Shown here: in pieces, positions 7,041-16,746 of the stretch | How the letters are laid out: the number at the start of each line of letters is the position of its first letter | How positions within the stretch are numbered: the first letter of the stretch is position 1 | Assembly (NCBI GenBank): GCA_045576315.1 | Contig: JAZNGE010000009.1 | Location: 86,114-150,113 of the forward strand | DNA from: Eubacteriales bacterium | GTDB taxonomy: Bacteria > Bacillota > Clostridia > Oscillospirales > CAG-272 | Length of the DNA: 64,000 nucleotides | Direction of reading: 5' to 3' | Program-made: the position numbers and the translations under genes | The notes under the pieces: model-generated | Told to the model about the DNA's origin: nothing | Databases searched by the model: none | The model's input: only the letters and a program-made list of their open reading frames with translations

Positions 7041-8810
7041 TTACGTTTTGTTTTTCATAGAATTGATCAGATCGTTAAGAGCATCAAACGTTGTTGCCGC
7101 AGTTGCGTTTTTCTTCTTCATCGCATCCTTTAGCAGAGCTATACTGTCAAGAAGCACACCTTCACCGTTATCGGTAAGACTCATTCTTGAAATCTTCATC
7201 TTAGATATTCTGCCGACTTCATCCGGCGAAAAGTGAAAATTAACGTCGAGATTTTCATTATCCGGAGAGTCATAAAGCATTTGCGTGTATTCAAAAACTC
7301 TTCGGTTGAGATCCGTAAAGAAATCGTCAACAGTCAAAAGCTGTTCTGTAAACACTTTTTTGCGGTGCTCGGGATAAAGCAGTAACAGACCAAGAACGTT
7401 TTCCTCATGTCCGGCAACCGCCGGTGCCTTAGCATAATCGGGGTTGACTCGATCGCCAAAGCCTGCGGCCTGTTGTTTTAATTTGTCATTCTCGCTCTTG
7501 CGATATGCATTGATGTTTTTTTGCGCTAAGCGTTCAACGTCGTCGCGCACGCTTTTGGGGTCAACGCCTATCTTTTGAGAAACGGATTGTATATAAATAT
7601 CACGTTCTGCTTTGGAATTAACCCTGGAAATCATCTTTTCCAGCTCGAGCAAGGCATTAATTTTATCTTGCGGTATGTTGAGATCAAACCGCGAAATGAT
7701 CGATTCCATATTGTACTCGAATTTTGTTTTCGACCCGGATATGATATCGCGGAATTTCTCTTTACCGTATGTTTTGATATATTCGTCGGGGTCTTTAGCG
7801 CCCGGCACTTTTATTACACCGACGGCAAGTCCAACTTCGTCGAGCATTTTCATAGCTCGCTGTGCTGCTTTTTGTCCTGCTTCATCAGCGTCATAGGATA
7901 TAAAAACTTTCTTTGTATACCTACTCATCAACCTTGCCTGCTCTGACGTAATGGCAGTACCGAGTGTTGCAACCGCGTTTGTGAATCCTGCGGCGTGCAT
8001 CGCAATTACGTCCATATAGCCCTCGCAAAGTATAATAGACTCTGCACAGGTTTGCTTAGCAAAGTTAAGAGCAAAAAGATTTCTTGATTTTTTGAACACC
8101 GGCGTGTCCATCGTATTACGGTACTTGGGCTTTGAATCGTCCATTACGCGACCGCCAAACGCAATGACATTTCCCGACACGTCGATTATGGGAAACATAA
8201 CACGATTGCGGAAGCTGTCAAAGTATGTGCCGCGCTCACTTTTAGATGCGAAAAAGCCTTCGACAAGCTCGTCCTTAGTGTAGCCAAGCTTTGTCATATA
8301 ATCTAGCGTTGCATAACCGCCATCGGGTGCAAAGCCAAGGCCGAAATGCTTTATTGTAGCAAGCGACAATCCGCGTTTTTCGGTAAAATACGCGAGAGCC
8401 TCTTTTGCTTTTGGATTTTGGCTAAAAAGCATCGCATGGAAAAACTTCGCCGCATCAACATTCATTTTATAAAGACGCTCTTTTGAGATGCCTCGTGGCT
8501 GCTGATACTTATTCTCATCATCTCGCACCACGGTTATTCCGGCTCTTTTTGCCAAAAATTCCACCGCATCGGGATAATCGAGATGCTCTGCCTGCCTTAT
8601 AAAAGTTATGGCGTTGCCACCGATGCCGCATCCGAAGCAATAAAAGCTATTGTCCGCCGGATAAACGGTAAAAGAAGGAGATTTCTCGCTGTGAAACGGA
8701 CACAAGCCCTTCAAATTCGAGCCCGCACGCTTCAGCGATACATAACTTCCAATAAGCGACTCTATGTCGTTACGGATCAAAACTTCGTCAACAGTTTCTT
8801 TCGTTATCAA
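7041..8810 (-). CDS. dnaG: DNA primase
   Basis: 589 aa. Zinc-binding [18 protein letters not shown] and a TOPRIM EGYMDV motif. Lies immediately upstream of rpoD. Confidence 0.97.
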   Translation of the reverse strand: MITKETVDEVLIRNDIESLIGSYVSLKRAGSNLKGLCPFHSEKSPSFTVYPADNSFYCFGCGIGGNAITFIRQAEHLDYPDAVEFLAKRAGITVVRDDENKYQQPRGISKERLYKMNVDAAKFFHAMLFSQNPKAKEALAYFTEKRGLSLATIKHFGLGFAPDGGYATLDYMTKLGYTKDELVEGFFASKSERGTYFDSFRNRVMFPIIDVSGNVIAFGGRVMDDSKPKYRNTMDTPVFKKSRNLFALNFAKQTCAESIILCEGYMDVIAMHAAGFTNAVATLGTAITSEQARLMSRYTKKVFISYDADEAGQKAAQRAMKMLDEVGLAVGVIKVPGAKDPDEYIKTYGKEKFRDIISGSKTKFEYNMESIISRFDLNIPQDKINALLELEKMISRVNSKAERDIYIQSVSQKIGVDPKSVRDDVERLAQKNINAYRKSENDKLKQQAAGFGDRVNPDYAKAPAVAGHEENVLGLLLLYPEHRKKVFTEQLLTVDDFFTDLNRRVFEYTQMLYDSPDNENLDVNFHFSPDEVGRISKMKISRMSLTDNGEGVLLDSIALLKDAMKKKNATAATTFDALNDLINSMKNKT

Positions 8811-8874
8811 ATTTTACTCCTCCTTTCAAAATTCACCATAATATACGAAGCAGTATTATAAAACACTTTGTATT

Positions 8875-9498
8875 TTAAAAGTCGAAAATTTCTTGCAGAA
8901 TTTCACTTTTTACACGTCCGGATGTTGACTCGTTTACGGTGTTAATAAAATTATCTGCCATGCTCTTACTTATGCGGCCGTTGATAACGACCGAGTCGCT
9001 GTACACCGTGTCGGAAACTCTGAAATTAAAGTCTGATATTATCGGTGTTATTCGTTGGTAATCAGAGTATGAAACCACCAACTTGATTTCTGTATAAATA
9101 TCGTACGTAATTATTTCGGCATTTTCAAGCGCACCGACCGCGGCGGCAGAATAAGCGCGAACAAGGCCGCCCGTGCCAAGAAGTGTGCCTCCGAAATAAC
9201 GTATTACTACGATCGCTACATCCGTGCAGCCATTTTTACGTATGGCATCCAAAACGGGCATACCAGCCGTTCCCTGCGGCTCATGATCGTCAGAAAAACG
9301 CATCGTGGAGTTTTCGCGAAGAACGTACGCATATACGTGATGACGCGCATCGGGGTATTTCTTTTTTATAAAAGCTATAAAGGCCAGCGCATCTTGTTCG
9401 GTTGAAACAGGAACTGCCGTGCCTATAAATACGGACTTGCGGTCTTCATATTCAAACACGCCTTCGCGTCGGACCGTCGTATAACTTTCCATATCCAC
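8875..9498 (-). CDS. YigZ/IMPACT family protein (UPF0029)
   Basis: 207 aa with KSVFIG.., HHVYAY and GGTLLGTGGLVRAY motifs. Confidence 0.85.
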   Translation of the reverse strand: MDMESYTTVRREGVFEYEDRKSVFIGTAVPVSTEQDALAFIAFIKKKYPDARHHVYAYVLRENSTMRFSDDHEPQGTAGMPVLDAIRKNGCTDVAIVVIRYFGGTLLGTGGLVRAYSAAAVGALENAEIITYDIYTEIKLVVSYSDYQRITPIISDFNFRVSDTVYSDSVVINGRISKSMADNFINTVNESTSGRVKSEILQEIFDF

Positions 9499-9504
9499 CT
9501 CTAT

Positions 9505-10761
9505 TTACTCTTCTATTATAAGGTCACGATACATTCCCCGACCACGTTCATCAAGGGTTGCCTCTACCAAAACGCCATTATCAACGTACACCGCCGAAAT
9601 TACAGTATAATTGGCGTAAAGCGCATTTACAACGGTCTGTCTATCGTAGGGTATGAGCAATTTGTAATTTCGTTTAAGGTGCGACAGCTCGTTTTCAATA
9701 GCAGAAAGCAAGCCGTCTATTCCCTCACCTGTCTTTGCCGAAATAAAAATCGTTTTTTCGGTATTATTTGTATCTAAAACGCCATCATATAGATCGCATT
9801 TATTGTATACGTAAAGTCTGGGTTTATCTGCTGCACCAAGTTCCTCGATAACCTGCTCGGTAACTTTAATATGCTCCTCTACCTCGCTGTCGTTAATGTC
9901 GGAAACTATCAAAAGCAAATCAGAATAGCAAACCTCGTCAAGCGTAGATTTAAAGGCTCTGACAAGATGGTGCGGCAGTTTTCTTATGAATCCTACGGTA
10001 TCGGTGAAAAGAACGGTTTCACCCGATGGTAATTCCGCCTTTCTGGTAGTCGCATCAAGCGTTGCAAAAAGCTTGTTTTCAGACAAAACACCTGCTCCGG
10101 TAAGGTTGTTGAGAAGCATTGATTTTCCTGCATTAGTATATCCGACAATGCCGATTTTCGCAATTGCGCTTCTGTCGCGCTTGGCGCGCATTACTGCTCT
10201 ATTCTCCTCGAGCTCTTTAAGTCTTGACTCGAGTGCGGATATCTTTTCCTTCAAGTGACGTCTGTCAGTTTCGAGCTTTGATTCACCGGGGCCGCGTGTT
10301 CCTATACCGCCGCCTTGACGAGAAAGCTCACTACCGTGACCTGTGAGTCTTGGCGCGGAATATTTGAGCTGCGCAAGCTCGACTTGGAGTTTACCCTCAC
10401 CGCTGGTGGCGTGAAGGGCGAAAATATCAAGAATGAGCATGCTTCTGTCGAGAATTCGCACATCCAATCCAATGTCGTTCTCAAGGTTTCTGATCTGCGC
10501 CGGTGAAAGCTCGAAATCAAAAACTACAAGGTCTATCACGTTCGCTTTACAGATATCAGCGATCTCCTGAACCTTGCCCTTGCCTATACAAGTGCGAGGA
10601 TCAAAGGAATCCTTTACCTGTATGACTCTGGCAAATGCTTCCGCGCCGGCAACGTTCAACAAATTTTCAAGCTCATTTAGGCTTCGCTCGCACTCTTCAA
10701 CCTCAGAACCCGATGAAGCAATAGCGACCAAAACCGCAGTATCTATTTTACTATACGACAT
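9505..10761 (-). CDS. hflX: GTPase HflX
   Basis: 418 aa. HflX N-domain (FDFELSPAQIRNLE), G1 GYTNAGKS and G3 DTVGF. Confidence 0.95.
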   Translation of the reverse strand: MSYSKIDTAVLVAIASSGSEVEECERSLNELENLLNVAGAEAFARVIQVKDSFDPRTCIGKGKVQEIADICKANVIDLVVFDFELSPAQIRNLENDIGLDVRILDRSMLILDIFALHATSGEGKLQVELAQLKYSAPRLTGHGSELSRQGGGIGTRGPGESKLETDRRHLKEKISALESRLKELEENRAVMRAKRDRSAIAKIGIVGYTNAGKSMLLNNLTGAGVLSENKLFATLDATTRKAELPSGETVLFTDTVGFIRKLPHHLVRAFKSTLDEVCYSDLLLIVSDINDSEVEEHIKVTEQVIEELGAADKPRLYVYNKCDLYDGVLDTNNTEKTIFISAKTGEGIDGLLSAIENELSHLKRNYKLLIPYDRQTVVNALYANYTVISAVYVDNGVLVEATLDERGRGMYRDLIIEE

Positions 10762-10794
10762 AATGTTCCCTCACTCGACGTTAAAATGATAGAA

Positions 10795-10836
10795 AAAGAG
10801 CGCCGACGACCAATTACGGACTGTACGGCACTCTTT
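10795..10836 (-). terminator. probable terminator after rpmE
   Basis: AAAGAGCGCCG(10795-10805)/CGGCACTCTTT(10826-10836), one mismatch and a long loop. Confidence 0.4.
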
Positions 10837-10847
10837 TCTTACGGTAA

Positions 10848-11054
10848 TTACTTACCAACCTTAGCAAGACGCTTCTTGAACTTGTCAACACGTCCGCCGG
10901 CATCTACAAACTTCTGCTTACCTGTATAGAAAGGATGGCACTTAGAGCAAATTTCAACGTTCATATCGCCCTTTACAGAGTGAGTAGAAACGGTTTCGCC
11001 GCAAGCACATCTGATGGTAGCTACCTTGTACTCGGGATGTATTCCTGCTTTCAT
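10848..11054 (-). CDS. rpmE: 50S ribosomal protein L31 (Zn-ribbon form)
   Basis: 68 aa: [23 protein letters not shown]. Confidence 0.97.
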   Translation of the reverse strand: MKAGIHPEYKVATIRCACGETVSTHSVKGDMNVEICSKCHPFYTGKQKFVDAGGRVDKFKKRLAKVGK

Positions 11055-11097
11055 TTTAACACCTCTTTACATAGTTATTCATTTTCAATTGCTCCTT

Positions 11098-11126
11098 ATT
11101 ATATCACACATTTTTTGAATTTGCAA
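11098..11126 (-). promoter_or_regulatory. sigma-A promoter of rpmE
   Basis: Minus strand: TTGCAA(11126-11121), 17-nt spacer, TATAAT(11103-11098), with TG two nt upstream of the -10. Confidence 0.5.
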
Positions 11127-11142
11127 TAGATTTTTCAAAAAA

Positions 11143-11844
11143 TTATATTTTTTCTTGAATTTTTTTGCGAAGATCTTTCATTATTTTCTTCTCAAGTCTT
11201 GAAATGTAGCTTTGCGATATGCCCAAAGCATCGGCAACTTCTTTTTGAGTAAGCTCCCTGCCGCCGTTAAGCCCATAGCGCATCTCTATAATTACGCGCT
11301 CCCTTGCGTTCAGATCTTCGACCGCGGAGCGCAAAATCCGCCTTTCCTCATCATCCTCCATATCCCGATAAACACTATCGTTCTCCGAGCCGAGTACATC
11401 CGACAATAACAGCTCGTTGCCATCCCAGTCAACGCTCAACGGCTCGTCTATTGATACCTCGCGCTTTTTGTTTGCCGTTTTGCGTATGAACATAAGTATC
11501 TCGTTCTCAATACAACGTGATGCATACGTGGCGAGCTTGATATTTTTATCAGAATTGAACGTTCCGATCGCCTTTATAAGACCAACTGTACCAATTGAAA
11601 CAAGCTCCTCAATGCCTACGCCGGTGTTCTCAAATCTTTTGGCTATGTACACAACCAAGCGCAAATTATGCTCTATCAGCTTATCTCTTGCATCTCGCGA
11701 GTCGATATGCTCAAGCAAGTGTTCTTCGATCTCCTCGTCGAGTGGCGGCGGCAATGTATCCGTTCCGTTGACATAGTATACCTTTGCCGAAAATAAACGC
11801 AAAATCAACTTGCGTATTTTGAAGAAAAATCCTTTAATGCTCAT
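11143..11844 (-). CDS. sigE: sporulation sigma factor SigE (pro-sigma-E)
   Basis: 233 aa with a pro-sequence followed by [13 protein letters not shown]. Sigma-70 regions 2-4. Lies directly downstream of spoIIGA. Confidence 0.9.
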   Translation of the reverse strand: MSIKGFFFKIRKLILRLFSAKVYYVNGTDTLPPPLDEEIEEHLLEHIDSRDARDKLIEHNLRLVVYIAKRFENTGVGIEELVSIGTVGLIKAIGTFNSDKNIKLATYASRCIENEILMFIRKTANKKREVSIDEPLSVDWDGNELLLSDVLGSENDSVYRDMEDDEERRILRSAVEDLNARERVIIEMRYGLNGGRELTQKEVADALGISQSYISRLEKKIMKDLRKKIQEKI

Positions 11845-12699
11845 TTACAAGTTCTCCAGAGCTGCGGCAGGTATAAGTGCCTCATATCCACCAAAGCTGC
11901 CCTCTTCATCATCTATAATAAATGTAAGTTTTGTTTCCGCATATTCCCTACCGCGCATGATCATGACCCGTTCCGGTCTTATTCCAAGGGTAAGCGTTCG
12001 TTGCCCGCTTTTGTTAATCGGTATAAGCCTTACGCGGCGATCGAGCTTAGCTCCCGAATCAAAGGAATCAAGTGTAGGTATTCCTCGCGGAAAGAGTTTT
12101 CGCACGGCATCTGTTTTTATAAGCATAACGGGCGTCAGATCTATTGGATCCTTCAATAGATTCCCGCTATCTACTAGCGCATCACATTGTAAGACAACAC
12201 CGTTATATTCGATAGCCAAATGTGCGTATTTTTCCGATTTAGTATGAAAAAACAGTGCCAATAGCAAACGAATAATAGCAATCGCCAGCAAAACAATAAC
12301 CGACAGTATCAACAGCTTGCGATTTTGGACATCGGTATATACATACTGTGGGAAATATGCCTCCAAGCAGTCAAAAACAAGATATACTGCTCCGCCGATT
12401 ATTGTGAGGAACAACACGAATGCCACGATAAGCTTAAAACGCCGTAATGCACTTATGCTTGTAGTTAATACATATGACGTCAAAATCAACATGGTAGCGG
12501 ACAAAGCCAGCATCAGCAGAGCATGCATAGGAATAAACAAGATTATGCATGCATAAAGCGCGCTTAAAAACGCGCCGACAAAAAGACGAATGCTTTTTAT
12601 ATTTACCTTTGAGAAGGCGGATGCGAGATGAAATGCAAGAAGATCAACGGTGAAGTTAATGAGGAAATAAACATCTATATAAACGGTGCTCATCATCAT
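11845..12699 (-). CDS. spoIIGA: sigma-E processing peptidase SpoIIGA
   Basis: 284 aa with five N-terminal TM helices and a C-terminal aspartic-protease motif ALVDSGN. Abuts sigE. Confidence 0.9.
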   Translation of the reverse strand: MMMSTVYIDVYFLINFTVDLLAFHLASAFSKVNIKSIRLFVGAFLSALYACIILFIPMHALLMLALSATMLILTSYVLTTSISALRRFKLIVAFVLFLTIIGGAVYLVFDCLEAYFPQYVYTDVQNRKLLILSVIVLLAIAIIRLLLALFFHTKSEKYAHLAIEYNGVVLQCDALVDSGNLLKDPIDLTPVMLIKTDAVRKLFPRGIPTLDSFDSGAKLDRRVRLIPINKSGQRTLTLGIRPERVMIMRGREYAETKLTFIIDDEEGSFGGYEALIPAAALENL

Positions 12700-12728
12700 A
12701 ATCCTCTTAAAAGCTTGATTCCTATATT

Positions 12729-12763
12729 ATTCTACCACCGTGATAAAGAATATGTTGTCGCAA
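12729..12763 (-). promoter_or_regulatory. candidate spoIIGA promoter with over-long spacer and a Spo0A-box-like motif
   Basis: Minus strand: TTGCGA(12763-12758), 23-nt spacer, TAGAAT(12734-12729). The plus strand reads TGTCGCA at 12756-12762, one mismatch from the TGTCGAA 0A box. Confidence 0.3.
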
Positions 12764-12785
12764 ATTGGGAGAACAAAAAATAAAA

Positions 12786-12813
12786 AACGGAGCTAAACAG
12801 CGATAGCTCCGTT
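12786..12813 (-). terminator. terminator after the mrp-like gene
   Basis: AACGGAGCTA(12786-12795)/TAGCTCCGTT(12804-12813), 10-bp stem with a U-tract on the minus strand. Confidence 0.7.
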
Positions 12814-12829
12814 TTATTGTGTATTAAGT

Positions 12830-13654
12830 TTAAGCCTTGAAAGAATTTTCAATCATATCTGCGGCGGACTCAAGGTAGTCGCCCTCGAAGAGCTCAATTA
12901 CACCGTTGTCACACATAGACGCGAGAGAAGGATCGATCGGAATTCTCGCAAGGACCTCGGTCGAATGCTCCTTTGCAAGCTCGTCGATATGACTATCTCC
13001 ATAAACGTTAATATGCTTGCCGCAATCGGGGCAAACGAGGTAGCTGTAATTTTCCACAAGACCAAGAACCTTAACGTCCATCAAGGAAGCCATGTTAACC
13101 GCCTTTGCAACTATCATGGAAACAAGGCTCTGGGGTGTGCTTACTATAACTATTCCGTCAAGAGGAAGGCTCTGGAATACCGTAAGCGGAACGTCACCGG
13201 TTCCGGGAGGCATATCAACAAACATATAGTCTACCTCGTTCCAAACAACATCGGTCCAGAACTGCTTTACGGTGCCGGCTATTACGGGACCTCTCCAAAC
13301 AACAGGCTTGGTTTCCTCGTCCATGAGAAGATTTACGCTCATAACCTCAATTCCGGTCTTGGTAACCGGAGGAAACATTCCAAGCTCACTACCGGTAACG
13401 CAACCGGGCTTGAGTCCGAACGCCTTTGGGATAGACGGACCTGTAATATCCGCATCAAGAATTGCGGTCTTGTAACCGCGTCTTTGCATAGTAACGGCGA
13501 GCATGGAGGTAACAAGGGACTTACCAACACCGCCCTTACCGCTCACAACGCCGATGACTCTTTTAATCTTGCTTGCCGCATTTGTAGGTGCCATAAGGGA
13601 TTCTTTAGAACACTTTTCAGAGCAAGTAGAACAATCATGTGTACATTCTGCCAT
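12830..13654 (-). CDS. mrp: Mrp/NBP35/ApbC-family Fe-S cluster carrier ATPase
   Basis: 274 aa. Cys-rich N-terminus, deviant Walker A SGKGGVGKS, and a CPDCG motif. Confidence 0.9.
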   Translation of the reverse strand: MAECTHDCSTCSEKCSKESLMAPTNAASKIKRVIGVVSGKGGVGKSLVTSMLAVTMQRRGYKTAILDADITGPSIPKAFGLKPGCVTGSELGMFPPVTKTGIEVMSVNLLMDEETKPVVWRGPVIAGTVKQFWTDVVWNEVDYMFVDMPPGTGDVPLTVFQSLPLDGIVIVSTPQSLVSMIVAKAVNMASLMDVKVLGLVENYSYLVCPDCGKHINVYGDSHIDELAKEHSTEVLARIPIDPSLASMCDNGVIELFEGDYLESAADMIENSFKA

Positions 13655-13673
13655 TTTTTATCTCCTGTTTCTA

Positions 13674-15977
13674 TCAAATTGAACTAATTTGTATTTCACC
13701 GTTATCTACGGTCATATGAATTCCGAGCAGCGAGGTTTTCGCCTTGTCGATTATCAAGGATGCAATACGGTCCTCCACAGAACGCTCAACAAATCTGCGC
13801 ATGTTTCTCGCTCCGTACTTCTCGGAGTAAGATTCCTTTGCGATATATGAAAGCACGTCCTCAGAATATGTGAGCCGTATTCCCTTTTCGTTCATATGTG
13901 CGGCAAGCTTTGAAAGCATAATATCTGCGATCTTCACAAAATCAGCCTCATAAAGATGCCTGAAAACAATGATCTCGTCTATACGGTTTATAAACTCGGG
14001 ACGAAGGAATGATGCCAACGCCTTCTCGGTTTTCTCCTTTGATTTTTGCTCTTTATTGTCAGCAAATCCGGAAATGGACGTCGAAACCTCGCTTCCTGCG
14101 TTTGTCGTCATTATGATGATTGTATTTTCAAAATTAACCTGACGTCCCTGCGCATCGGTAATTTTGCCATCGTCGAGTATCTGAAGAAGGATATTCAACA
14201 CGTCGGGGTGAGCCTTCTCTATCTCGTCAAACAAAATAACTGCGTGAGGACGGCGGCGTATCTTTTCGGTTAGCTGACCTGCCTCATCATATCCGACATA
14301 TCCGGGAGGTGCGCCTATGATTCTGGAAACAGCATGCTTTTCCATAAACTCCGACATATCAAGTCTTATGAGCGACTCGGGCTGTTTGAACAGCTCGTCC
14401 GCCAAAACCTTGACAAGCTCGGTTTTACCAACACCGGTAGGGCCGGCAAATATCATGGACACGGGATTCTGTCTATACGAGATTCCAGCACGTTTACGCT
14501 TTACCGCGCGAACAACGGCATCAACCGCCTCGGACTGTCCGATTATGCGCGCGCTGATACGGCTCTCAAGCCCCTGAAGCTCTGAGAGCTCGCCTGCCTT
14601 AATATCAGAAGCAGGGACGCCTGTCCATATCTCAATAACGTTTGCAAGATCTGAAACGGTGATAGCCAGCGTGCTTACTTCGCTCTCAAGGGCAGCCTGA
14701 CGCTCCTCGAGCTTCAACTTCTCAACCTTGAGATCCGCAATAGCCTTATAGTTTTCTTCCGTCTGTCCCTCGGGTTTTTCAACCTTTGAGGAAAGCTCAT
14801 TTTCTTTTTCTATTATCTGGACAAGCTTCTTCTCGTTGCGAAGCTTTTCGTTAAGCGCAGGCGACGAAAGCGCAACGCGTGCTGCCGCCTCATCTATCAA
14901 GTCGATAGCCTTATCAGGAAGAAAACGATCGGTTATATAACGTTCGGAAAGAAGAACTGCAGCACGTGCAACCTCGTCAGAAATAGTTGCGCCGTGGAAA
15001 TTCTCATAATATTTCTTTATTCCCTTTATAACCTGAACCGTTTCATCCACCGAGGGCTCGTTGACCATTACAGGTTGGAATCTACGTTCAAGGGCGCTAT
15101 CCTTTTCGATGTACTTTCTGTATTCCTTTAAGGTGGTAGCACCGATGACCTGTATTTCGCCGCGTGAAAGCGCAGGCTTAAGAATGTTTGCGGCACTCAT
15201 ACTACCCTCGGAATCACCGGCACCTACTATGGTATGCACCTCATCGATCATAAGGATGATATTTCCCGCTTTTTTGACCTCTTTGATCAAACCGAGTATC
15301 CTGGATTCAAACTGACCGCGGAACTGGGTACCGGCTACAAGCGCTGTAAGGTCAAGAAGCCATATCTCCGCATTTGAAAGGCGCTCGGGAACGTTGCCGT
15401 CAACGATTCTTTGAGCCAACGCTTCGGCTATCGCGGTTTTACCTACACCGGGCTCGCCGATCAAGCAGGGATTGTTTTTCTGTCTGCGGCAAAGAATCTG
15501 TATAACTCGGTCGAGCTCTCGCTCTCTGCCTATAATTCTATCCGTCTTACCAAGACGTGCTTTTTCCGTAAGATCCGTACAATAAGTGGAAAGGAGCTTT
15601 TTGGACTCATCGTCTTTAGCATTTCCCTTCTCTTTGCCGCCTTTTTGCTTTTTGGGAGCGGCTTGACCGCCAAATGGCATACCGAATCCCGAGAACAATT
15701 TCTGAAGGTCAAGAGCGGGCGCACCGCCATCCGGCTCGACCGACTGATCGTCAGCAGGTTCGATTGCGGTAAGCATTCCCTCAACCTCGCCCGACATATT
15801 CTCGATATCCTCTTCGCTCATTCCCATGTTTTTAAGAATGTCGTTTACAGGTTTAATGCCGAGTTCTTTTGCGCACACAAGGCATATTCCCTCGTTATAA
15901 GTTTTCTGATTATCCATACGAGTTATAAAAACGACGGCAGGTCGCTTTTTACATCTCGCACATCTCTGAATTTCCAT
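13674..15977 (-). CDS. double-AAA+ Clp/Hsp100 ATPase with N-terminal C4 zinc ribbon (ClpE-like architecture)
   Basis: Two Walker A motifs ([16 protein letters not shown]). The N-terminus is CARC..23 aa..CLVC instead of a ClpN repeat domain. I place the start at the ATG at 15977 (RBS GAAAGG) rather than the TTG at 16004. Confidence 0.9.
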   Translation of the reverse strand: MEIQRCARCKKRPAVVFITRMDNQKTYNEGICLVCAKELGIKPVNDILKNMGMSEEDIENMSGEVEGMLTAIEPADDQSVEPDGGAPALDLQKLFSGFGMPFGGQAAPKKQKGGKEKGNAKDDESKKLLSTYCTDLTEKARLGKTDRIIGRERELDRVIQILCRRQKNNPCLIGEPGVGKTAIAEALAQRIVDGNVPERLSNAEIWLLDLTALVAGTQFRGQFESRILGLIKEVKKAGNIILMIDEVHTIVGAGDSEGSMSAANILKPALSRGEIQVIGATTLKEYRKYIEKDSALERRFQPVMVNEPSVDETVQVIKGIKKYYENFHGATISDEVARAAVLLSERYITDRFLPDKAIDLIDEAAARVALSSPALNEKLRNEKKLVQIIEKENELSSKVEKPEGQTEENYKAIADLKVEKLKLEERQAALESEVSTLAITVSDLANVIEIWTGVPASDIKAGELSELQGLESRISARIIGQSEAVDAVVRAVKRKRAGISYRQNPVSMIFAGPTGVGKTELVKVLADELFKQPESLIRLDMSEFMEKHAVSRIIGAPPGYVGYDEAGQLTEKIRRRPHAVILFDEIEKAHPDVLNILLQILDDGKITDAQGRQVNFENTIIIMTTNAGSEVSTSISGFADNKEQKSKEKTEKALASFLRPEFINRIDEIIVFRHLYEADFVKIADIMLSKLAAHMNEKGIRLTYSEDVLSYIAKESYSEKYGARNMRRFVERSVEDRIASLIIDKAKTSLLGIHMTVDNGEIQISSI

Positions 15978-16025
15978 TAAAAAACCTTTCTTGCTTTGCG
16001 GCAACTGAAGCCGCTGAAAAACTAA

Positions 16026-16688
16026 TTAAAATCCCAACAAGAGATCAAGAGGGCTGAGATTTAAGAAAAAGTTGTAAATCGGGCCACCCTCAAATTCTGC
16101 CGCCCAAACAACCTCGGACATCGAATCAAGATGTATAACAAAATTAAATACAAACACCGCGATCCACGCAAACACAGCACCAAAAAGTGCGTTCAATGCG
16201 CATCCGACTATCTTATTGGGTATTACCAATATCGAAGAGTTGAATATCGAATCCAACAATTTAAACGCCAACCTAAGCAGCAGCTTTGAGACGAAGAACA
16301 AAATAATGAATACGATTATTACAGTCACAACGTGTACCGTAGGAGCGGCAATATCAATAATTATCTGTTCTATGGTTTTACCCTCTAAATCGACGTTTAC
16401 TATTCCTGCTGCCAGTTTTATTATCGCAGGCAATTCTGCACCGGGATCGGAACAATTTGCCTTTAAATACTCTGAAAGTTGATTTGTAAGCGATGCGCCG
16501 ATTATCGGCTCGACTATGCCAACCGATATAGGATTTACCAGCAGATACGCAGAAGCAAGCGCGCCTACAAAGCGCAAGGGCGCTTCTACACTTCTGATGA
16601 AGCCACGCTTAAGTCCAACTATAAGACCTATCACTATAAATGCTGCCAAAATCACATCAATTACTATCCACAATCCCATAGCATACAC
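16026..16688 (-). CDS. cvpA: CvpA-family membrane protein
   Basis: 220 aa, multi-pass hydrophobic protein with N-terminal WIVIDVILAAFIVIGLIVGLKRGF typical of CvpA. The start may be the second ATG, at 16679. Confidence 0.7.
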   Translation of the reverse strand: MYAMGLWIVIDVILAAFIVIGLIVGLKRGFIRSVEAPLRFVGALASAYLLVNPISVGIVEPIIGASLTNQLSEYLKANCSDPGAELPAIIKLAAGIVNVDLEGKTIEQIIIDIAAPTVHVVTVIIVFIILFFVSKLLLRLAFKLLDSIFNSSILVIPNKIVGCALNALFGAVFAWIAVFVFNFVIHLDSMSEVVWAAEFEGGPIYNFFLNLSPLDLLLGF

Positions 16689-16746
16689 CCCTTCCTTGTA
16701 ATATTATACACCCCTCAAAAAAATGTGTCAATACGAGTAGTGTTAA

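Noticed and set aside
13674-16004. The Clp ATPase lacking a ClpN domain looked like a novel architecture.
   Set aside because: An N-terminal C4 zinc ribbon followed by two AAA+ modules is the known ClpE architecture of Firmicutes. The only oddity is ISGF where a hydrophobic-Gly-Phe ClpP-docking tripeptide is expected, and that is too weak to report as a finding.
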